Under the pieces are notes generated by a model. That model was given only the letters and a program-made list of their open reading frames with translations, was not told the origin of the DNA and searched no databases. From Chrysomallon squamiferum (taxonomy: Eukaryota > Animalia > Mollusca), in NCBI GenBank assembly GCA_012295275.1, contig CM022672.1, positions 31,868,001-31,932,000 of the forward strand: a stretch of DNA of 64,000 nt. The letters run 5' to 3'. Position 1 is the stretch's first letter. Every line of letters begins with the position of its first letter. The translations under genes and the position numbers were made by a program. Below are positions 1 through 18,807 of this stretch, one piece after another.

Positions 1-1401
<1,401 letters not shown>

Positions 1402-1435
1402 AATATTGTTATTTTGTTTTACTCTCTCTCTCCCT

Positions 1436-1534
<99 letters not shown>

Positions 1535-1799
1535 CCTCCCTCCCTCCCTCTCTCTCTCTCTCCCTCCCTCCCTCCCTCCCTGTCTCTCTAACACAATATA
1601 CACCAGAAAAGATAACACTACTCTCCCGTTGACTATAAAACAGAAACGCATCTAATTTTAACATACGTTGCAGACGAAACAAATATAATGCTCAAAATGT
1701 GAAGAGCTTAGATGTACTTTTTTTTTCTAAAATTGAGACTGATGGCTTGACTGACAGTGATTAACTGATACTGATTACTTGTCTCAGTTGATTGTAGCA

Positions 1800-2640
1800 C
1801 AGCCTTTCTTAATAGTCCCGAGTGGCAGTCCTTGTCAGAACATTTTGCGTGTTTGGTATCTTTTCCTGACATGATCTTACTGGGACCTGGCTCCTCCGTG
1901 TCTTAAATTTGGGTGTGTCCACTGGCCAAGTTAAGTCTGTCTGACTGAACGGATCTTGTAGATACTTTCACAGCTGCCGCATGTGATATTCCTACTTCAG
2001 CATGTGAACTGGATTCTACCAGTTTCATAGCATAGGATACACAAGATGCTTTTCAGTTTTAACGTGTTGTACCTGTTTTTTCATTTTACACTTCGGACAT
2101 GTTCGCGAACAGGCGAAGTGTTTCCCTTTGCGATTGGCGCAAACTCTGTCAGTCCTTCATGAAGCGGCAGGCATTTTGTACGTGACCAAACGGTTGACAT
2201 TTTTAACATAGCAAAGGGTTTCGAACCTAAGACAGCAGATATATTCAAATACCCAGCCTTAACAGTATCCACAAGAGATGGCCTGCTGAAATTGAGCATC
2301 AACGTGTTCGTCGGAGATTTTCACACATTTCATCATTAATGTATTCTAAATGTCTTGACCTGCACTCTCCTTTGCATGAGTTAAGGGAATTGTGTGCACT
2401 ACCTGTGATTGCAATATTGCATAATACAGCAGATATTTCTCAGTTGAACATTCCACGAACAGCGAACCATTTCTTAGTTCTTTTACATATACTTTCATTT
2501 GTACGACGTTTTTGCCACTTTGTGCATGAGCATCTGCTCCTTGCAAAGTCATGAATATTATATTAACCAGTTAATTGTTTTAAAGATGGTTCAACAGTTC
2601 ATCATTGATTATTCTTGAGCTTCGAAGGAAAACCCAATGA
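1800..2640 (-). mobile_element. Decayed ORF1 (gag-like zinc-knuckle protein) of an I-group (I/Nimb-like) non-LTR retrotransposon
   Basis: Minus-strand fragments across frameshifts: VKELRNGSLFVECST, NSLNSCKG, TLMLNFSRPSLVDTVKAGYLNI, RNPLLC*KCQPFGHVQNACR, VCANRKGKHFACSRTCPKCK.KKQVQHVK, SHAAAVKVSTRSV, QTDLTW. These are CCHC knuckle remnants. Boundaries are approximate. Confidence 0.8.
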
Positions 2641-3771
2641 ATAGAACTATTTTAGCGGTAGGTATCAAAACAATTCAACAATCTCATGTCAAGTGACATA
2701 GTTCTCCATGCTTGCATATATTCAGTACAGAGATGGGTTTTGATACAACCCCGCAAATTATGATTTTGTAGGTTTTGTTTTTGTACCAGCAATAAGCATC
2801 AGTACTGAATCTAAAGCGCGCTAGATGTTATGCCAATCCTTCTATAGAAAATATAAGAAGTATGCTGTGTAGGTTTATCACTTTACGGTCATCGCTTTCC
2901 TTTAACGTGTATCCGATTGACTAATCCTCCATCACTTAGGCCTATGTTTTATTTGTATAGGCAAATGATTTGCAACTGAATCTATTCATGCACTAGGCCT
3001 ATGGCTGTATTATTATTATTCATACATCTTCGTGAACGTCTCCAGCTTGGACCCCTAGGAATAGACCTACGGTTTTGTTAAAAGGGAGGCTCTTGTGCTT
3101 GCATGCAGCCATGATAATTTTCAGAATTTTGCCTGACTTCTTGTTGTATGAAAGGCTATTTTCCTGTTTGTGACCATGCTTTTCAGAATCAAGGAATAAA
3201 TTTCAACAAAAGAAACTGATTAAACTATCCAAAATGTATATTTAGATCTTTACCACCTACGTCTAAAAAGGGCTAATCGAATCCTTATAGCATGTTGTAA
3301 CCAGCTGACTGCATTATGCTAAGTATACACGAGAAGACATCTGCACATGCGCAATACATGGTTATTTACAATTAGATGCGTTTTGCAAAGGAGCAAGTTC
3401 GCATGCGCCAATGGAAAAAATGTCGTATGAAATAAATCTCGTTCGCCGGCCAAACCAGTGAATCTTTAAATATCGCAAAAGGTGATACTTAATAGTGTCA
3501 TTACCGCTATTGTTGTAAATAAGGCCAGTATAAATAATACAGGCCAATATGAATAATACAAGTTATCACTTCGCTGGTTTTTATAATCTTTCAGATCACT
3601 CGTTCCTATAGTGGTATTTTTAAACGATACAGTACAAAGTCAAACCATTTGCCAATGTTCTTGTTTCAAATATCGAATAGTTTTAATAATAATAATCATA
3701 ATAATAACAGTAATAATAATAGTAATAGTAATAATAATAACAATAACAATAATAATAATAATAACATTAAC

Positions 3772-3812
<41 letters not shown>

Positions 3813-3876
3813 TAACAACAATAATAATAATAATAATAATAATAACACTAATAATAAGTTTGGATAGGATATTTAC

Positions 3877-3980
3877 TCTTATTTTATCTGACCTATCCAC
3901 TCTGGCGTGCACAAGTCTGGTGATGGCCAGGTCCAACTCCTTGATTGTACGCCCCAAAGACTCAAGTATAAGTCCGAGTA
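3877..3980 (-). CDS. Orphan candidate internal exon, product unknown
   Basis: GC-richer 104-nt block between tttctcag and gtaaat on the minus strand; open frame LGLILESLGRTIKELDLAITRLVHARVDRSDKIR. Confidence 0.3.
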
Positions 3981-4355
3981 CTGAGAAATATTATGAGAAA
4001 GGAAGATATTTTTGATATGTAAACACAGATGAAACCTAAAATAAACACTTTATTCGATTTAAATATAAATCAATCAAATGTATTTCTCTGATATGGTGCC
4101 ACCGCCCCTTCGCCCCCCTCTGCACACCACTGCCTATCCATTAAAAACACCTTCTACTCCTCAAAACTGTAAATATAATTGCTGAATTTTTATCTTCTTA
4201 TTTAACCTGAGTGCAATCCGTTCCAATCTGTTAGCTACAATCTAATCATTACAGAATTTTTTTGTCTCGTATAAAGCAAAACAAGTGGTGTTAGTCAGTC
4301 ATTCATTATTCATAATTATTTTTAAAGAGCAAAGACAGGACCTTAGTTGATGCAG

Positions 4356-7890
<3,535 letters not shown>

Positions 7891-7892
<2 letters not shown>

Positions 7893-8095
7893 GATGAAAC
7901 TGGCTGTTAATGACGCTCTGCTCACTGTAGATGAAACTGGCTGTTAATGACGCTCTGCTCACTGTAGACGAAACTGGATGTTATTGACGCTCTGCTCACT
8001 GTAGACGAAACTTGCTGTTAATGACGCTCTGCTCAATGTAGATGAAACTTGCTGTTTATCACGCTCTGTTCACTTTAGTTGAAACTTGCTGTTAA
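7891..8095 (+). repeat. 37-bp minisatellite, ~5.5 copies
   Basis: Unit TAGATGAAACTGGCTGTTAATGACGCTCTGCTCACTG. Confidence 0.95.
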
Positions 8096-8559
8096 TCATG
8101 CCCCGCTCACTTTAAATGAAATATAACCCCAAAATAAATATATAAATAAACAAACAATATAACCACAATAATAAGTGTTAGTATTTGAACAAGCTATTGT
8201 TTTTATAATATAATAAAGGTGATATTTGTCATACCTGTGTTTAGATCGCTCTGACTCATAACGCATAAAAATAAATGAGTGTCCCATGTATTCTGATTCA
8301 CCATTACATTGCATGTTTCACGATCCTACGTTTCTTGTCGCCAACACAATTAACACGCTATTTTAATCTGACCTACATAACAGACACTTGTCAACGATAA
8401 CTTTTTCATCAATATACTGAGTGAGAAATAAATATAAATATCTTACAAACAAAATAAGTAATGACAAATTATATATCTGTTTTCAGTTTCTTTTTCTTCT
8501 TTCTTTTTAAATTTATTTAACAGGTTTACACATGTTGTATACAATAAAACATTTGTATG

Positions 8560-8760
8560 TATCTACCGCCATACGTGGCGTGACGTGTACAATATCTAAT
8601 TTCAGACACGTGATTAGCAACAGGCGACTTTGTAAAGAGCAAAACACAAAAAGTGTTCAGTGATCTTGTCAAACAGAAAGGCGTCAGTTCTAGGCAATCC
8701 ACTCACAAACAAGACGTATTATACAGAAGTAGTCGGCCATTTTGAAATTTGAAGGTATTT
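8560..8760 (+). promoter_or_regulatory. Candidate distal promoter / non-coding first exon of the BTB gene
   Basis: Local CpG cluster with TGACGT and CACGTG motifs, YY1-like CGGCCATTTT at 8734-8743, and donor AAG/GTATTT at 8755. Confidence 0.5.
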
Positions 8761-8931
8761 TATATTTTATTGTCATTTTGATATATGCTGTACTATTGCT
8801 TTGCTTAAATCAGACATATTGAAATTGTTATCTATTTTGTGAGGGCTATAACTTTTGGTGTGAATTTTGTTAAAGGCTTTTGTTTTTCGTACCTAGCATA
8901 CAGATTTATAAGAAATGCCGATAAAATATTC

Positions 8932-8995
<64 letters not shown>

Positions 8996-9332
8996 CTATC
9001 GTCAGTATAATAATCATTATTATTCCATTCATTAATAATAACAGCAATAGTAATAGTAGTAATAATAGTATCACCTAAATATAATTCAGTGATTCATTTA
9101 TTACTTATGCTATATTTTTATCGATCTGATTACTTTATATTACTTTATTTCATTTCATTTATTTATAGATTTATCTATAGATCCCTGATATCAGTGATCA
9201 ATAGCAGAGTTGTTAAACGGAAATTACTCGTTTCTAAGAAATTATCGATCAGGAAGATTTCTATTTATCAGGTAAGGTATCTATTTTGAAACTTCAAAGT
9301 ATTTTATATTGTTCTTATTTTATTTTATTTTA

Positions 9333-9409
<77 letters not shown>

Positions 9410-9561
9410 TTCTTATTTATTTCTTTGCATTTGTGTCGTTCAGTCTTTCTTTCTTCCTTTCTTCATTCGTTCCTTCCTTGTTGTCTAACATTCGTTTTGG
9501 TCTATCACCCATTCTAACCAGTGTATAAAATGTTATTGCATTTGTATTTCATCTACAAGGG

Positions 9562-9592
<31 letters not shown>

Positions 9593-10319
9593 CAGTAAGA
9601 AAAGAAAGAATAAACATTATTGCTGCTATGGATATACATGTAACAAACAGCGTTATAGCGTGAGGCTTTTTAAACATGAAAACATATGTGCTAGACACGA
9701 CTATGAAATGTTTCTTACCATCTGGTGTATGGAAGATAATATAATCTCATATAATTTTATTATTTTCTATTTATGAGTTTGTTGGTCTTTATTGAAATTG
9801 TTTATCTTCTCACAATGCTGACAAATGTAAATAATTTCATATTTTCGCGGTTTATTTCTACACTTATCGACAGAGAGTGTATTAACAATGAATTTGTCAG
9901 ATCGCTGTAAATAACACCCGAGTATATCTTTGTGTGCTCGTGTAGCAGTGACACGGTACTTTTATATGACCTACATAACAAGAAAACAGTCAGTGTTAGA
10001 TTACATTCTCATACTGGTCATGCAAGCTTCATCAGAGAAATAAAACATGTACATATTTCTTATTATTGTTGCTGTTGATATTGTTGTTGTTGCTGCTGCT
10101 GTTGTTATTGTTGTTGTTGTTGTTGTTCTTATTATTGTTATTATTATTATTATTATTAATTACCTTTATAACTCACGTATAAACCATGCAATCTAGTAGT
10201 ACTTAATCTACTGAATTAGAATTAAAGTTATCTGTTGTAAAGAAGATGTATGTAAGATGAGTATACAAATATCTCGTAAAACGATTTGTTTAGTTTAATC
10301 TGAGACTGAAACCTAACAA

Positions 10320-10440
10320 AGTGGCACTTTGTGACGTCTAACATATTTGACGTCAGTCGCGTGTTTATCAGTGGAGGGTTTGATAACTAAAAGTTTACAA
10401 AGCAGAAGTGAAACTAGTCGGCCATGTTGAAAGTGTATGA
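10320..10440 (+). promoter_or_regulatory. Candidate proximal promoter / non-coding first exon of the BTB gene
   Basis: Diverged paralogue of 8560-8760, with TGACGTC(A) twice, CGGCCATGTT at 10419-10428 and donor GTATGA at 10435. Confidence 0.5.
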
Positions 10441-11480
10441 TATTTTATATTTAATTATGTTTGAACGATTCTGGTGTTCTTAATTTATTATTAAATATAT
10501 CAGAGTTAGTTCTTTCACAAATAGATTATTTAAGTGTGAGTTTTCTTTAAACTTAAATGAAAGATTACGTATAACATGACTTTACTAAAGACTTTAGTAT
10601 GATATTACTACTACTACTTCTACTACTACTACTACTACTACTACTACAACTACTACTACTACTACTACTGTTGCCCTTATTATTATTAAAACAATTTTAT
10701 TGACGTCTTTTGCTATATATTTTATTTATTTTATTTTATTTTATTTCATTTATTCTTAGGTCGGTTATATCTCTGATCTACAGTTGAGTCGATAGAGAGA
10801 AAATAGTCTGTTATAAGAAATTGTCGATCAGGAAGTTGAAATTAAAGGTATTTTGTATTGTTTTCTATTTAAAAAAAATATCACATCGTGTTCCTTTATT
10901 TTTCTTATTTATTATTCTCTTTTCTTATATAGTGTTTCTTTTTAGATTTGTTATTGTCGGTTAATTATGTTGTTTTTTCGAAGAGTAAAATGATCTATAA
11001 ATCACTATATGTACATTGCGATTTGAAAATCGTTTGTGCGGCAGTGAAATATTCCTTACCTGACTGTGACCAGACATGTCTGCGTATAATAATAATAATT
11101 ATAATAACAATTATTGTTCTTGTCGTCATTATCATAATCACTAATGTAAGCATAATGTACTTCTTTCTATCTTTTATCGATTCGGTATATATTTATCTGA
11201 TTTTTTTTTCTTTCTTTCTTTCATTACTTTTTTTTTATTTGTTTATTTTTAGATCTCTGATCGCAGTATTGAACAGTACAGGCGCTAAACAGAAAGTAGT
11301 CGATTCTTAGAAATTATCTTAGGTTAATTATTTCTTTTCATAAAACAGTTTGTTTAAAAGATTTCCGTGTACAGGTCATAGCTAGATATGAATATAGAAA
11401 CCTGGTCACTGCAGTGCGAGGCGCTGCAACAGAACTCTGACCTGTACACAGAAACATGTTAAAATTATATTTAGTATGAC

Positions 11481-11520
<40 letters not shown>

Positions 11521-11618
11521 TTATTATTATTAATTAAAATTTTTTTATTGTTTTCTGCCGTAAGAATTGTTACAGTTCTGTGTCCGAACAATTTCTTTTT
11601 CTTTTTCTCTCCATTCCA

Positions 11619-11721
<103 letters not shown>

Positions 11722-11737
11722 TGTTTATAGTGAAAAT

Positions 11738-12027
11738 ATGGCCACCTCAACAGAAGTTTCAAGTTGGCAGACTGGGAAAAAACTGATGGAGTGTATTGAA
11801 CACGTTTTTCGTACGAGAACAGACAGCGACGTCAGATTCGTTGTTGGGGAAGAAGAACAAACTGTGGATGCACATCGCTTCATCCTTATGATACGAAGCG
11901 AAGTCTTTCACAGGATGTTGATGGGAGAACTTCGCGAACAAAACAGCATCCTGCTGCCTGATGTGCAGGCAGATATTTTCACAGAGTTTTTAAAGTATGT
12001 TCACACAACAAAACACACACACACACA

Positions 12028-12061
<34 letters not shown>

Positions 12062-13312
12062 ACACACACAAAAACACAGATACACATACAGCGACACAGG
12101 TACGAACATAGTGATTAACGAAACATACAAACCGACATGAACGTTGATAAGAATACAGTTTTTGTTAGTAATCTAATTATTTTCTAATTAATTAATCTCC
12201 CATAATTATCTCTCGTTTTGAAGTCTTACTATACATTCTTTTACACAGATATCTTTATACGGATGACGTCGTCCTAACAGGCCACAACGTCACCGGTCTG
12301 CTGTATCTATCGAGGAAGTACATCGTCACGACACTGGAAGATCAGTGCGTGCGCTATTTGGAGTCGTCGTTGTCGTCACGGAATGCGTGCGTCGTGCTGG
12401 AACAAGCTCACCTGTTTGATGAACATGATCTAAGAAAAAAAAGTCTGAACTTCATTTTGGAAAATGGCGACGAAGTTCTGAAGTCGGATGAAGTCACCGA
12501 TCTTTGTCACGAATGTCTGGTTGAAATCGTACGATCAGACGAACTGACAGCAGACGAGAAAAATGTTTTCGAAGCCGCTGTGAAGTGGGCTGACAGCGCG
12601 TGTAAGAAGCAAGGAAGACAGACGAATGCACAGAACATGCGCGAGGCACTGGGAGAGGCCGTGAAGCACGTGCGTTATCCATTACTCGATCAGACGTATT
12701 TTGTAGAACACGTGACACCCACTAACATACTCAGTGAAACAGAAGAAAACAAGATTTTTGAAAAACTGGGTGAAGAGTGATGAAGATGTTTCACCTTTTA
12801 ACTCAAACAAGAGAACTGCAATGATTCGTAAAACACAGATTACAATAAACAGGTTTGGTAGAACAAGGTCTGATTACTGGACATGTTCTGGTGAAGTATT
12901 TGATCAAGCCATTACTTTCTCTGTCAACAAAAACGCTTTACTTCGCGGATTTCAGTTGTACGGTCACCGTCAACCACGAAACTACGACGTCAGCGCCTTC
13001 GTCACTGACACAAGAACAGACGAAATACTGGACGGGTCTACGCTGACACAGAGATATGAACACGTCGTGTCTGACGTGTATGACGTCGTGTTCAGACGTC
13101 CAGTGAAGATTACTAAAGACACTGAGTACAGCTTGTTTGTTAATGTTAAGGGAGGAAACTCATTGTGTGGAGTTGAAGGTGAATCAGAAATTGTTGTAGA
13201 CTCTTTTGTTTGTAGATTTTCTGAGTCACACAAATCTAAACACAGTCACAGAATACTTGGTTTTACACATGTGTTTGAAGGACAAATACCTGCTTTGTTA
13301 TTTTTAGTGTAA
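11738..13312 (+). CDS. BTB/POZ-BACK-PHR domain protein (BTBD1/2/3/6 family, putative Cullin-3 adaptor); coding exons 11738-11994 and 12249-13312, one +1 frameshift near 12755-12765
   Basis: Exon 1 encodes MATSTEVSSWQTGK...SDVRFVVGEEEQTVDAHRFILMIRSEVFHRML...LPDVQADIFTEFLK (BTB). A phase-2 GT-AG intron 11995-12248 restores FLKYLYTDDV. BACK follows (NACVVLEQAHLFDE...EKNVFEAAVKWA...LGEAVKHVRYPLL), then PHR (RFGRTRSDYWTCSG...AITFSVNKNALLRGFQLYG...GQIPALLF*). The BACK-to-PHR junction needs removal of 1 nt in TTTTTGAAAAA. Confidence 0.9.
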
Positions 13313-13551
13313 AAAACAACATCGTTCAAACACTGTCACTTTTAGTCATCACTGGCCTAAAATTTTTATTTTTATTTATTTGTTTATTGATTTATTTATT
13401 TGTTTATTTCTTTGTTTACATTTTTTCTGATGACGTCAGACAGCAGTGATGACGTCATAGACACTTGATTTGATTTCAAATTTTCTAATGGATTGTTTTG
13501 TGTCAAACAGATACGTGTGAAATGTATATTAACATCTCATTGCTTTATCAT

Positions 13552-13586
<35 letters not shown>

Positions 13587-13935
13587 TTGTTTTTTATTTA
13601 TTTGTTGAAATGTATATTAACATATCATTTAATTTATTTATTTATTGTTTAAGTATATCTAATGTTTTTAGTTTGTATATAAAACTTAATATTTTTTACT
13701 ATTTCTTGCTTCATTTGTACTTTTTCTATTTCGGTTTAAAATGTGTATAAAATAAAACGTAGATAAATTATATATATACTTATTGACTGTTGGACATGAA
13801 ATACAAGAACTGTTATTTGATTTATTTATGAATTTTCTTTTATTCAGATTTATATTAAATATGTAAGTAAACTAGATTATGATTCAAATTTACTGTTTGT
13901 TTGTTTATGTATAAGATGTATATAAAGAAAATGCA

Positions 13936-13941
13936 AATAAA
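13936..13941 (+). terminator. Candidate polyadenylation signal of the BTB gene (another AATAAA at 13751)
   Basis: AATAAA followed by T/GT-rich sequence ~600 nt after the stop codon; weak evidence in AT-rich DNA. Confidence 0.35.
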
Positions 13942-14155
13942 TTTGTTTTTGTATCATGAATTCTTACATCGTTTAGTTTTGGATTTAATTTGTATTTAGA
14001 ATATAAACAGAAAAATTATATAGACATAAAAATCAAGTTTTATTATTTAGTTTCTGTAATATTTTTCTTTTCTGCATGCAGCGTGTAATACATAAAGATG
14101 TTGTGAGACAGGATTCCAGAGCAGATCCTGTATCTGTACTTGATGTGTGTAGTCT

Positions 14156-14440
<285 letters not shown>

Positions 14441-14964
14441 GTAAAATAAAGAAAAAATATATTTTATAAAAGAGTTATGAAAATAGGGAGAAATTCCCAG
14501 GCTAACTTTAATATATTATGAACAAAACTTTGAAAAATCCGGAGCTATCTACTTCGGATATCTGGTGTAAATTCGAGAATAAAGTACATTTCATAAATGT
14601 CATTTCATAAACAGTGACAACAATTAGCACGTAATTAGACTACCGCGTGGACAAAATGAAATGATCGCACTTTGAGAAATCTTAATAAACAATGATGCCA
14701 AGCTTCTTGAAATCATCACTATACGCGGTATCCTCCCAACAGTCATATGGTCAGTAGTCATACAATCTGGAAAGTAGTCAAGCAGTAAGTAAGCTGGGCA
14801 TCCCTGTGTAGAGAATCATCAACTAGTCTTGGCTGTGTCTCACTGCTAACTGTTGTAATCACAACTCCGGTGGGAAGCTGATTAAGTGTGCATCAAACCT
14901 TGACCTATGTTGTTATGAGCTGTATGACAAAAAAGCCTGTGACTAATGGGAGGTAACCCTATAC

Positions 14965-15262
14965 CACTGGTTTTCAACCTTTTTCATACCGCGACGACTT
15001 ATGAGCAACTCAATATGACCGAAAATCAAATCCCCTTTAAAAAATTTGATTCAATAATATGTAGGGTTACTATATTTTCATCAACCAAAGACAGTACAGA
15101 AGGAAAATATATTCACTATGACGCGTCCCAAACCTATCTACATGTTTTTATTTATTCCTCCTTCCAAGTCAAGTTGTATAAAGCCAGCACATACCCTACC
15201 TAAAGAACGATCTCGCGACCCCCAGAAACAAAGTCTGGCGACCCTCAGGTTGAAAACCTATG
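14965..15262. mobile_element. Non-autonomous hAT (Charlie-like) MITE, 298 bp
   Basis: TIRs CACTGGTTTTCAACC / GGTTGAAAACCTATG, subterminal GCGACCC motifs, and a perfect 8-bp TSD CCCTATAC at 14957-14964 and 15263-15270. Confidence 0.9.
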
Positions 15263-15429
15263 CCCTATACGCAGCTAAATCAACAAGATCATTAATAGTG
15301 TGATAATACCTAAGTGAATTCACTTATTTACATTAAGTGTTAACAACAGACGTCTGCATAAATACGTATTATGCATATTTTGCTTTGTTTTATTGAATTC
15401 GTCGTAAAGCGACCTAAAAAACTGAAGTC

Positions 15430-15521
15430 CGCTGACTGATCGCGCAATGTGTTCTGCAGACCGTTGTACAAAATGGAGGCAAAATGTATCGATATTCAAG
15501 TTTCAAGTGATCTGTTTCAAA

Positions 15522-15556
<35 letters not shown>

Positions 15557-16107
15557 ACAAATAAATTAAAAGAAAGGCGACCAGACTTTGCCGCGGGTTA
15601 ATTCTAAGACGAAGTCGATCCCTCGGTTGAACCCTGGCAATACAATTTAAAAAACGAAGTCAGGAAATATTTGACATTATGAAACATAGTGACAGTTACC
15701 AACAGTTGTACGAGACTAATATTTCGGCAAAGAGTAACGACCGACAAATTAAAAAATCTGAATAAATTGACGATACACACAGTGATCCAGTGACCGAAAT
15801 TTCTTACACTGATATTCTTAAAATGATCAAACAAATTAAATCTTTTGTAACCCGTGTTAAATATGCAGACCACGACAGAGAAGTTTGTTTTGAAGAGAAA
15901 CACGAAAATAAATAGATAAATAAAATAGAAGAAAAAAACGCAGTCGTCTGTGACAGATTGTTTCTTGATAGACGCTTAACAATAACATTAGAAATAAAAT
16001 ATATTTCGTGTCATTTTAATTTGTGTAAGCCGGCACTCTGTCTAAAATGGCACCTATGATTGGTCCCAAATGAATCAGTGTCCACTGTACACACACACAC
16101 ACACACG

Positions 16108-16142
<35 letters not shown>

Positions 16143-16733
16143 CTACGCATTCTGTCTGCATAGCACACAAATACATGTATTTAAACTTTTTAAACATATA
16201 TATACGCTCACTCACATACATATCTAACTGTCTTTCATAAACGTACACACACATAAACATACACACACGCACACACACATATACACACATACATATCAAT
16301 ATCTACTTGTATGTATGTTTGTTATCTAATCACATTTATCTCTTTCTTAAGCATGCATACATACGTAGTACATACGTACATACGTGCAAACATTCAAGTA
16401 AGTTGATAAACTTGTAGATGTCAGTGTTTCAAGTAGTTCAAGTTAAGAGTATTGATAAACTAATAGTGACAATGTTTCTTGTAGTAGCACACTAAGAAAG
16501 TTTATAAATTTGTAGTGACAATGTTTCTAGTACATACTAAGGCAACTGGCAGTAGTGGAGAATTAACAATCAGTTCTTACATAAGAAGACTGAAAGGAAG
16601 AAATAACAACACGTTTGTTTTAAATTACAGTCAGATTTATTTACTAATCTACAATGTTGCATACAAGTTTGAGAACCTAAAGATCACAACGTGATGAAAT
16701 TTATGTTATTTTGAAATTTATTATTATTATTAT

Positions 16734-16786
<53 letters not shown>

Positions 16787-18560
16787 TATTGGTGTCATTT
16801 TTATTAAAATTAATTTACTTTTAATCTTCTTTACAGAAATACAAGTGACAGAGAATAATATGTAAGTAAACCTATCAATTTTGTTAATATATTATCAGAT
16901 TTAAATTAAAATAACCTTCTTGGACAAGCATGTTTTTTTTTACAGAAACGCTTCTGATAAAGAAATAAATTATAAGAAGAGGAAAGGCGCACGCATTTGC
17001 GTATGTCACTGTGTACTTGTGTGTGTTGTTGTGTGTATTTGTATGTATCAGTTTGTGTGTGTGTGTCGGTGTGTGTTTTTGTGTGTCGGTGTGTCATTGG
17101 GTGCCAGAGTGTGCGAGCGTTTAACAGTTAAAACAAAACAAAATCGTTGCAAAATATAATTACTTGTATAAGAACTGTGTTTATTGTCAAACTCTAATCA
17201 CAACAGTAAACAATGCATTTGACAGAAATAACGGAAATCCGCTGACTGACCGAAGAATGTGTTCTGGAGATCGTTGGACAAAAATGGAGGCAAAAAAAAA
17301 ACAAAAAAAACAAACATGAAAAACGTGAAATCGTGACGTCATCGGCGCTCGATACAAGATTAGAAGTAAAGATGTTTTAACAATGTACTGGGGCAGCGTC
17401 CGGTCAGCTTCTACGTCTGTAAACATGTCACGTGATATTTTATAGCAAGAAAAATATTAACAGTATTTTAATGTGAGTTATTTGATGTCAGTTGTAAGAA
17501 ACACACTAAGAAGATGATAATAAGGTTTCTAGTAGCAGACTATGTAAATATTTCTGCACTTCACACTAATTCAGCTGATAAACTAGTAGTGACATTGTTT
17601 CACTCACTAAGTTCATGAATTTGTATGGACAATGTTTCTAGTTCCACGCACTAAGTAAGTAGTGAGAATGTTTCTAGTGTAAACGCTAAGTTGATGAACT
17701 ATAGTGACAATATTCTGAGCAGTATCACGCTGTAAGTTACTTGATGAGTAAGTAATGAAAATGTTTGTAATATTAAACAGTAAATAAATTGATAAACTAA
17801 TAGTGACAATGTTTCTAGTACATACTATTTCAGCAGATAGTGGAGCACTAATAATTGGTTGTGACACAAGAAAATTGAAAGGAAGAAGTAACAATACGTT
17901 TTTTAACATTACAATCAGATTTATTTACTAACATACACTGTGACATACAACATTGTGAACCTTAAGATTACAATGAACTGAATTTTATTTTATAGTGAAA
18001 TTTAATTTAACAAGGTATGTTAATTTTCAATTATTTTATGTGGCTTGATTTTTGTTTTCTCTCTCTCTCGTTTTTTATTTAATATTATTAAAATTAATTT
18101 ACTTTTAATCTGTTTTACTCTTTACAGAAATATTATGTAATAACCGAGGATAATATGCAAGTAAACCTTTCAATTTTGTTAATATATTATCGGATTTAAA
18201 TTAAAAATAGCCTTCTTGGACAAGCATCTTTTTTCCGAAAGGCTTCAAAAAAAAAAATTAATAATAATAATAAAAATTTACAGGAAGAGGAAGCGCGCGT
18301 GTATATATGTATCGTTGTGTGTGTGTTTGTCTGTGTGTGTGTTTGTCTGTGTGTGATTGTTGTGTGTGTTTGTGTTGTGTGTGTGTGTTTGTGTGTTTGT
18401 CTGTTTGTGTGTTAGTGTGTGTTTGTCTGTGTGTTGGTGTGTGTTTGTTTGGATCGTGTATGTCTGTGTATGTTTGTGTATCGGTGTATATTTGTGTGCA
18501 AGCGTGTAACACAAGACAAAAAGAAAACAGAATCGTTACAAAATAGAATTACTCGTATCT
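15430..18560 (+). repeat. Degenerate tandem duplication (15430-17170 vs 17240-18560) with TAGTGACAATGTTTCTAG minisatellite
   Basis: GCTGACTGA..AATGTGTTCTG.AGA.CGTTG.ACAAAATGGAGGCAAAA occurs at ~15431 and ~17241; 16500-17170 aligns to 17790-18560. Confidence 0.85.
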
Positions 18561-18767
18561 TTTTCTCAGTTCCTAACTAATCTCTTAGAGCTACATATTT
18601 TATATGTGTACTGTACATCTTTATTTGAAATAGAATGGGTATGTCATTGCGTTGTGTGTGTGTGTATATTAGAGAGAGAGAAGACGGATATAAAACATCT
18701 GTGTGTAAAATATTGTGTGCTGTTTTTTTTTGTATCTTGTGTTTTTTTTATTATTATTATTATTAGC

Positions 18768-18807
<40 letters not shown>

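Noticed and set aside
12751-12780. Programmed ribosomal frameshift at TTTTTGAAAAAC
   Set aside because: The shift needed is +1, there is no in-frame canonical slippery heptamer or evident stimulatory structure, and a homopolymer indel is more parsimonious.
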